DNA of 10,820 nt, from contig JBFWVI010000076.1 in the NCBI GenBank assembly GCA_050246815.1, positions 1 through 10,820 on the forward strand. Reading direction: 5' to 3'. The position numbers and the translations under genes are program-made. Positions 7,151-10,820 of this stretch are shown in pieces. This stretch comes from Bdellovibrionales bacterium (lineage in GTDB: Bacteria; Bdellovibrionota; Bdellovibrionia; Bdellovibrionales; UBA1609). Positions within the stretch are counted from its first letter, which is position 1. Every line of letters begins with the position of its first letter. The notes under the pieces are model-generated. The model had not been told where the DNA came from and did no database searches. It saw only the letters and a program-made list of their open reading frames with translations.

Positions 7151-7175
7151 TAAAAACCCCGCGCAGACGCGGGGT
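7151..7175 (-). terminator. Rho-independent terminator after the secreted hypothetical gene
   Basis: The - strand reads ACCCCGCG-TCTG-CGCGGGGT-TTTTA, about 12 nt after the stop at 7188. Confidence 0.85.
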
Positions 7176-7187
7176 CAAAACGTGATT

Positions 7188-7652
7188 TTACTTTTGGGGC
7201 AATTCGACCAAAACATGAAAGCCAGAAAATCCTGCCAATTGGCTCATGTGCAGACTCAATTTACGTTGCTCTGCCGAAACCAATCGTTGAGTATTTTCAA
7301 TGATAATCTGACCATCCCGGGCAACAGTTGAAATCGCCTGGGGGTCTCCAGATTGGTTGACGAAAGCAATCGCCACAGGAGTCGCGGGTGGCAATTGTTC
7401 GTTGATCTGCTGAAACTCAGGTTTAGATTGCAGTTGAATCCGAACCATTTGACGCAAATCCTCGCCGGTACCACCTTCGCCACGGCACATCACCTGAATC
7501 AGTTCGCCCCGAAGCTGAAAAGTTTGAACACCGAACCCCGCTGTTTCAACCCTCAAGGGCAGGGTGCCAGCAGATTGACACTCAGGGGGCCGACCCGCAT
7601 TGGCGGCAAAACCGAAAAAGCTTGTGATCAGTAAAGCAATTACTGTTTTCAT
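7188..7652 (-). CDS. Secreted hypothetical protein (two Cys)
   Basis: Start moved to ATG 7652, which has AAGGAGG 4 nt upstream. Signal peptide MKTVIALLITSFFGFAANA. Has its own terminator. Confidence 0.8.
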   Translation of the reverse strand: MKTVIALLITSFFGFAANAGRPPECQSAGTLPLRVETAGFGVQTFQLRGELIQVMCRGEGGTGEDLRQMVRIQLQSKPEFQQINEQLPPATPVAIAFVNQSGDPQAISTVARDGQIIIENTQRLVSAEQRKLSLHMSQLAGFSGFHVLVELPQK

Positions 7653-7719
7653 AAAACCTCCTTGCCCGAACACATATCAAATCAGGCCCAGGCGACAGAG
7701 AGCATCTTTTGTTTAGGTT

Positions 7720-7743
7720 AAAAAAACGTTCTCGGCAGAGAAC
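7720..7743 (-). terminator. Rho-independent terminator after the TIGR02147 gene
   Basis: The - strand reads GTTCTC-TGCC-GAGAAC-G-TTTTTTT, directly after the stop at 7748. Confidence 0.75.
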
Positions 7744-7747
7744 CGGG

Positions 7748-8617
7748 TCAACGGTCAAAATTGTGAGTCAGTGTCACCAGGACCTCACCAATTCCATCAC
7801 CTTGTTCGTCATCTGCATGGTCGGCGAACTCACGTATCAAACAATCCAGCTCTGCAGAAAGCGCGGCCATTGAGGACAACTTCACGCCGAACGTTTGCGT
7901 TGAAAAAAGTCCCAGCTTGCTATTGGGGCCTTGCATGCGACGTTTGCAGCGAAGCATGCGGCCCCAGATAAAATCTCGATAGGCCGTATCATCAAAACTA
8001 TGCTTCACATTCATCGATGTCGGAATATTATGATAGCGCTGATGATCTTGGTCATATCGGATCAGGCCCGCACCCAACATTCGCTTAAGGCATCTTGTGA
8101 CAACAGCACGAGGCAAATTCACTCTGGCTGCAATCTCATCAAGGCTTGCCCCTTTTGTCGGGTCACCGACGGCCACACAAATATCCGTGGTGTGCTCTTC
8201 AAGAGTGATCCGCGAAAGTAGCGAGGGGGCAGAAACTGATAGTTCGTGCTGCCGCCGACTCAGACGCCTTCGCCTTTTCACCAATAGCGCATGAATGTCC
8301 TCAACAATCCGATTTTGCGGACGCAACTGCGGTTCATCCACCGCCACAAGAAGTCGAAAGTATTCGGCCCAATCCTTTGGCAGCTTTAAGCCCGCCACAA
8401 CTTTTTCAAGCGATTTTGCAGTTATGGATTTTCGCCCCTTGATCACATCATGGATATAGCTTTTGGCGGCAAAACCCGCGCTGGTCGCAAATTTTTGAAA
8501 ACTCAGCTGTTTTGGCTGACTCCATGGCCTGCTTTTTTTAAAAAAAAGAGCGATGAACGCGCGATAGTTTGGCGCTGAAATCAAAGCAGCTTCAAAATCA
8601 GGATCCCATTTCGTCAT
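7748..8617 (-). CDS. TIGR02147/DUF4423 family HTH protein (putative transcriptional regulator)
   Basis: YRAFI...LSFQKFATSAGFAAKSYIHDVIKGRKSIT...GLKL...AEYFRLLV is an XRE-like HTH pattern. A second winged HTH (IAARVNLP...LKRMLGAGLI) follows. Length is about 290 aa. Confidence 0.82.
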   Translation of the reverse strand: MTKWDPDFEAALISAPNYRAFIALFFKKSRPWSQPKQLSFQKFATSAGFAAKSYIHDVIKGRKSITAKSLEKVVAGLKLPKDWAEYFRLLVAVDEPQLRPQNRIVEDIHALLVKRRRRLSRRQHELSVSAPSLLSRITLEEHTTDICVAVGDPTKGASLDEIAARVNLPRAVVTRCLKRMLGAGLIRYDQDHQRYHNIPTSMNVKHSFDDTAYRDFIWGRMLRCKRRMQGPNSKLGLFSTQTFGVKLSSMAALSAELDCLIREFADHADDEQGDGIGEVLVTLTHNFDR

Positions 8618-8704
8618 AACGAATGAATAACAGCGCTTGCGGATGCGGTAAAGCCCAATGATTTGTTCAGATTAAAAAAGAAGTTAGGCTGTTTTCAACT
8701 TGGC

Positions 8705-9307
8705 TCATTTTTTAGCCCGTTCAAACAACAAATCAATCGCTTTGTTGAACCTACCTAAAGCCTTTGCGTCGCCAAAAAACTTGTGGCCGTAGTGATAGCC
8801 CATATAAAGTGAGTAGAACTCATAGGCAAACTGAAATTTATCGTAAGCGGATCCAAACACGCCCTCTTGCCGGGCCTGCTCAAAACATTTGCCGATGTAT
8901 TTTTGCAAACGTTGCTGCTGATCGATCAGAAAGTCCCGCACTGGGCCCTTTTGGTCATCAAACTCAAAAATCGCTGTCAAAAAGATGCAGCCGCCCCGCA
9001 TCTTGTGCTCGGTACGGTCAAACCAGCCTGGCCAATGCTGGCGCAGCAGATCCAGCTTCTGAAACCCACCACTGGCCTTTTCACAAGGCGCGATCACTAT
9101 CTTTAAAAACAATTCTTCGGCAAACTGCAAAACCGCAATCTGCATCTGCTCTTTAGACTGAAAATGCGCAAACAACCCACTGCGCGACAAATTGGCCGCC
9201 TTCGCCACATCGCCAATGCTCATCTGATCCAAGCCCTTCAGACTTGCGATATCCGCCGCGATGGTCAGAATTGAAGATTTTGTGCGTTCACCTTTGGTTT
9301 CAATCAT
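8705..9307 (-). CDS. TetR/AcrR family transcriptional regulator
   Basis: KGERTKSSIL..A...ASLKGL..MSIGDVAKAANLSRSGLFAHFQSKE HTH and C-terminal GGCIF...EFDD..GPVRD. Start moved to ATG 9307, which overlaps the upstream stop (ATGATTGA). Confidence 0.93.
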   Translation of the reverse strand: MIETKGERTKSSILTIAADIASLKGLDQMSIGDVAKAANLSRSGLFAHFQSKEQMQIAVLQFAEELFLKIVIAPCEKASGGFQKLDLLRQHWPGWFDRTEHKMRGGCIFLTAIFEFDDQKGPVRDFLIDQQQRLQKYIGKCFEQARQEGVFGSAYDKFQFAYEFYSLYMGYHYGHKFFGDAKALGRFNKAIDLLFERAKK

Positions 9308-10175
9308 GCTGAATGAACTGTACTGTATCACTCACCACTTGAGAATTCTTTAATAAACGAAAATGCCCCAACCCCTCGGTCACACGCACATCGGCATACC
9401 GCTTAGGCAAATGGGGTAGATTAATTTTTAAATCAATATATGTATCCGCCTGATCATGAACAATCAAAATGGGGTTAAAAATTTTCCCCAGGCGCTCTTT
9501 AGGGTCCACTTCTTCTTTCAGTAAGCCATAGCGCTGTTCGAAAACAACAATGAGGCGGGTCACCCAGGTCGACGCGACGCCAAAGGCCTGCACGCTTGCA
9601 TAAAGGGACTCAAAAAATGGAACCACCGGCGCCAAAAACACCAATGGAATTTTTTGATGCTCGGGCCTTAGGGCACTGATCACCGTTGAAGCGCCCATAC
9701 TGTGGGCCACGATGCCTTCAACCTGGCCCGTCCGGGCTTCGACCCAATCCAATACAGCCTCAAGCCCTCGGATAAATAAAAAGAAGTTCGATACCTTACC
9801 CGAAGAGCGCCCATGGGCCACATGATCAAAGGCGATCACTCCGTAGCCAGCCTCAAGATAGGGATCAAAGAAGCTTTGAAAATTGGTTGCGGCTCCCGAC
9901 CACCCATGCACAAAGACTACGGCGCGACGAAGGTCGCCCTTGGCATAAATGCGGATCTGATGGCCATATACTCTTAAGTTATGAGCCTGAAATCCAGTGG
10001 CCTCAAGCGAAGCTCGCCGTCGCGGGCGCACAGGCGAGCACAACAAACGCTCGGCCCAAAGCAGCGACAAGGTCGGCAACCCCTGGTCCAGCACGGTTGT
10101 GACGTAATTTAAGGTCGCCTTCATGCCTCGCTTAAAAACCCCGCCCTGACTCCCAGCAAAATAAATCTGCTTCAT
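9300..10175 (-). CDS. Alpha/beta fold hydrolase (serine esterase-like)
   Basis: VHGWSG oxyanion motif; AFD..AHGRS; nucleophile AHSMG; HDQAD Asp; GLGH His. Start moved to ATG 10175, which has GGAGG 5 nt upstream. Confidence 0.9.
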   Translation of the reverse strand: MKQIYFAGSQGGVFKRGMKATLNYVTTVLDQGLPTLSLLWAERLLCSPVRPRRRASLEATGFQAHNLRVYGHQIRIYAKGDLRRAVVFVHGWSGAATNFQSFFDPYLEAGYGVIAFDHVAHGRSSGKVSNFFLFIRGLEAVLDWVEARTGQVEGIVAHSMGASTVISALRPEHQKIPLVFLAPVVPFFESLYASVQAFGVASTWVTRLIVVFEQRYGLLKEEVDPKERLGKIFNPILIVHDQADTYIDLKINLPHLPKRYADVRVTEGLGHFRLLKNSQVVSDTVQFIQHD

Positions 10176-10185
10176 TCTCGCCTCC

Positions 10186-10227
10186 ATAATAGTACAATTG
10201 TACTATTATATTAGAACAAATGTTCTA
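10186..10227. promoter_or_regulatory. Two tandem palindromic operators, probably bound by the TetR
   Basis: Perfect 24-bp palindrome ATAATAGTACAATTGTACTATTAT (10186-10209) and TAGAACA-AA-TGTTCTA (10212-10227). Shared core TAGWACAAWTGTWCTA. Confidence 0.8.
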
Positions 10228-10236
10228 TTTTGTAAA
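10208..10236 (-). promoter_or_regulatory. Sigma70-type promoter of the hydrolase-tetR operon
   Basis: The - strand reads TTTACA (10236-10231), a 17-nt spacer, then TAATAT (10213-10208). Confidence 0.65.
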
Positions 10237-10366
10237 GAGGGGGTCTCAAATCAGGACTGCGGCCATTCCGCATGATAAACAGCAAAAAATCTGTTGTTTC
10301 GGCTAAAACTCTATACAAATGTTGAATTTCGAAGAACAAGATCGACCTTACCGCCGAGGAGACGCC

Positions 10367-10820
10367 TTGAGCAAAATTCTTCCTTTTGTCGTCTGCTTGC
10401 TTCTATTCGCCACCGCCTGCGGAAAATTGTCTTCGAACACAGCCGCAGATCCAATTGACCCGCCACTGACACCCAGTGCGTCTTGCCGGCAGGTCCAGCA
10501 GGACCTCCGATCGATTTTTGAAAAAGACCCCGATATTTTTGTGATCAACACAGGGTTTCTGGCGGACAAGAGTTGCACCGTTGCCATCGTCTATTCCAAC
10601 ATTCGAAATGCTTTATTGAGTCTTAAAAAAATCAAGAAGACCTTTCAGCACTACGTCAAACTGAAGGCTTCGAATAAAGAGGGCTTTAGCGAAGTGGTGA
10701 CTTTGTGGATCACCGAACCCGCCATAACTTGGGTGCCCGTTTTAGGCCCGGATGGACGCAAACTTGATGACACTGAAACTATCGAGGAGTGCGAACTCAC
10801 CGCCACTCGCCTACGCGAGC
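10367..10820 (+). CDS. Putative lipoprotein, 3' end truncated by the window (not in the ORF track)
   Basis: GAGGAG at 10356-10361, then a TTG start. MSKILPFVVCLLLFATA-C is a lipobox-type leader. The frame is open for 151 codons to the window end. Confidence 0.75.
   Translation, partial: MSKILPFVVCLLLFATACGKLSSNTAADPIDPPLTPSASCRQVQQDLRSIFEKDPDIFVINTGFLADKSCTVAIVYSNIRNALLSLKKIKKTFQHYVKLKASNKEGFSEVVTLWITEPAITWVPVLGPDGRKLDDTETIEECELTATRLRE

Noticed and set aside
8618..8655. Possible leaderless promoter for the TIGR02147 gene (TTTACC-N17-TATTCA, 6 nt before ATG)
   Set aside because: The -10 lacks the conserved final T, so it is too weak to call even though no SD is visible.
1259..10102. Short overlapping or antisense ORFs in the track (e.g. 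1259-1492, 2505-2696, 3086-3382, 3392-3607, 4283-4621, 5174-5503, 5897-6575, 7256-7634, 7771-8294, 8764-9156, 9887-10102)
   Set aside because: All overlap well-supported genes and show no motifs or RBS.
10348..10587. 79-aa minus-strand ORF
   Set aside because: It is the shadow of the + strand lipoprotein gene, which has an SD and a signal peptide.
1..10820. Integron cassette array, CRISPR array or IS elements as an explanation for the mosaic gene content
   Set aside because: No repeated attC-like RYYYAAC/GTTRRRY structures, no regularly spaced repeats and no transposase or integrase ORF. Gene orientations are mixed.

Overview
Bacterial accessory-type region, probably Bdellovibrionota-like. 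That call is inferred from a TIGR02147/DUF4423 regulator next to a small secreted protein, plus lipoprotein cytochromes c. Left to right: (1) a four-gene + strand operon (382-3199) behind a clear CsoR-type operator (TATACCC-N6-GGGTATA). It encodes a CsoR/RcnR metal sensor (C-H-C plus Tyr), a secreted protein with a mature N-terminal His and an internal duplication, a di-haem cytochrome c lipoprotein, and a secreted ankyrin-repeat/cupredoxin-like fusion. No CopA, CopZ or efflux pump is present, and an 11-bp direct repeat brackets the unit. This is the best candidate for an undescribed envelope metal (Cu) handling system. (2) A divergent pair: an SDR and a phosphoribosyltransferase-alpha/beta-hydrolase fusion. 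(3) An internally deleted, frameshifted SAM methyltransferase pseudogene. (4) A stand-alone DUF4238 gene, possibly anti-phage, whose RBS lies in a hairpin. (5) A TIGR02147 protein and a secreted hypothetical, each with a terminator. (6) An alpha/beta-hydrolase-TetR operon with two tandem palindromic operators over a sigma70 promoter. (7) The 5' part of a lipoprotein gene absent from the ORF track. No rRNA, tRNA, CRISPR array or transposase was seen. Family calls come from motif recognition by eye, not from database searches.
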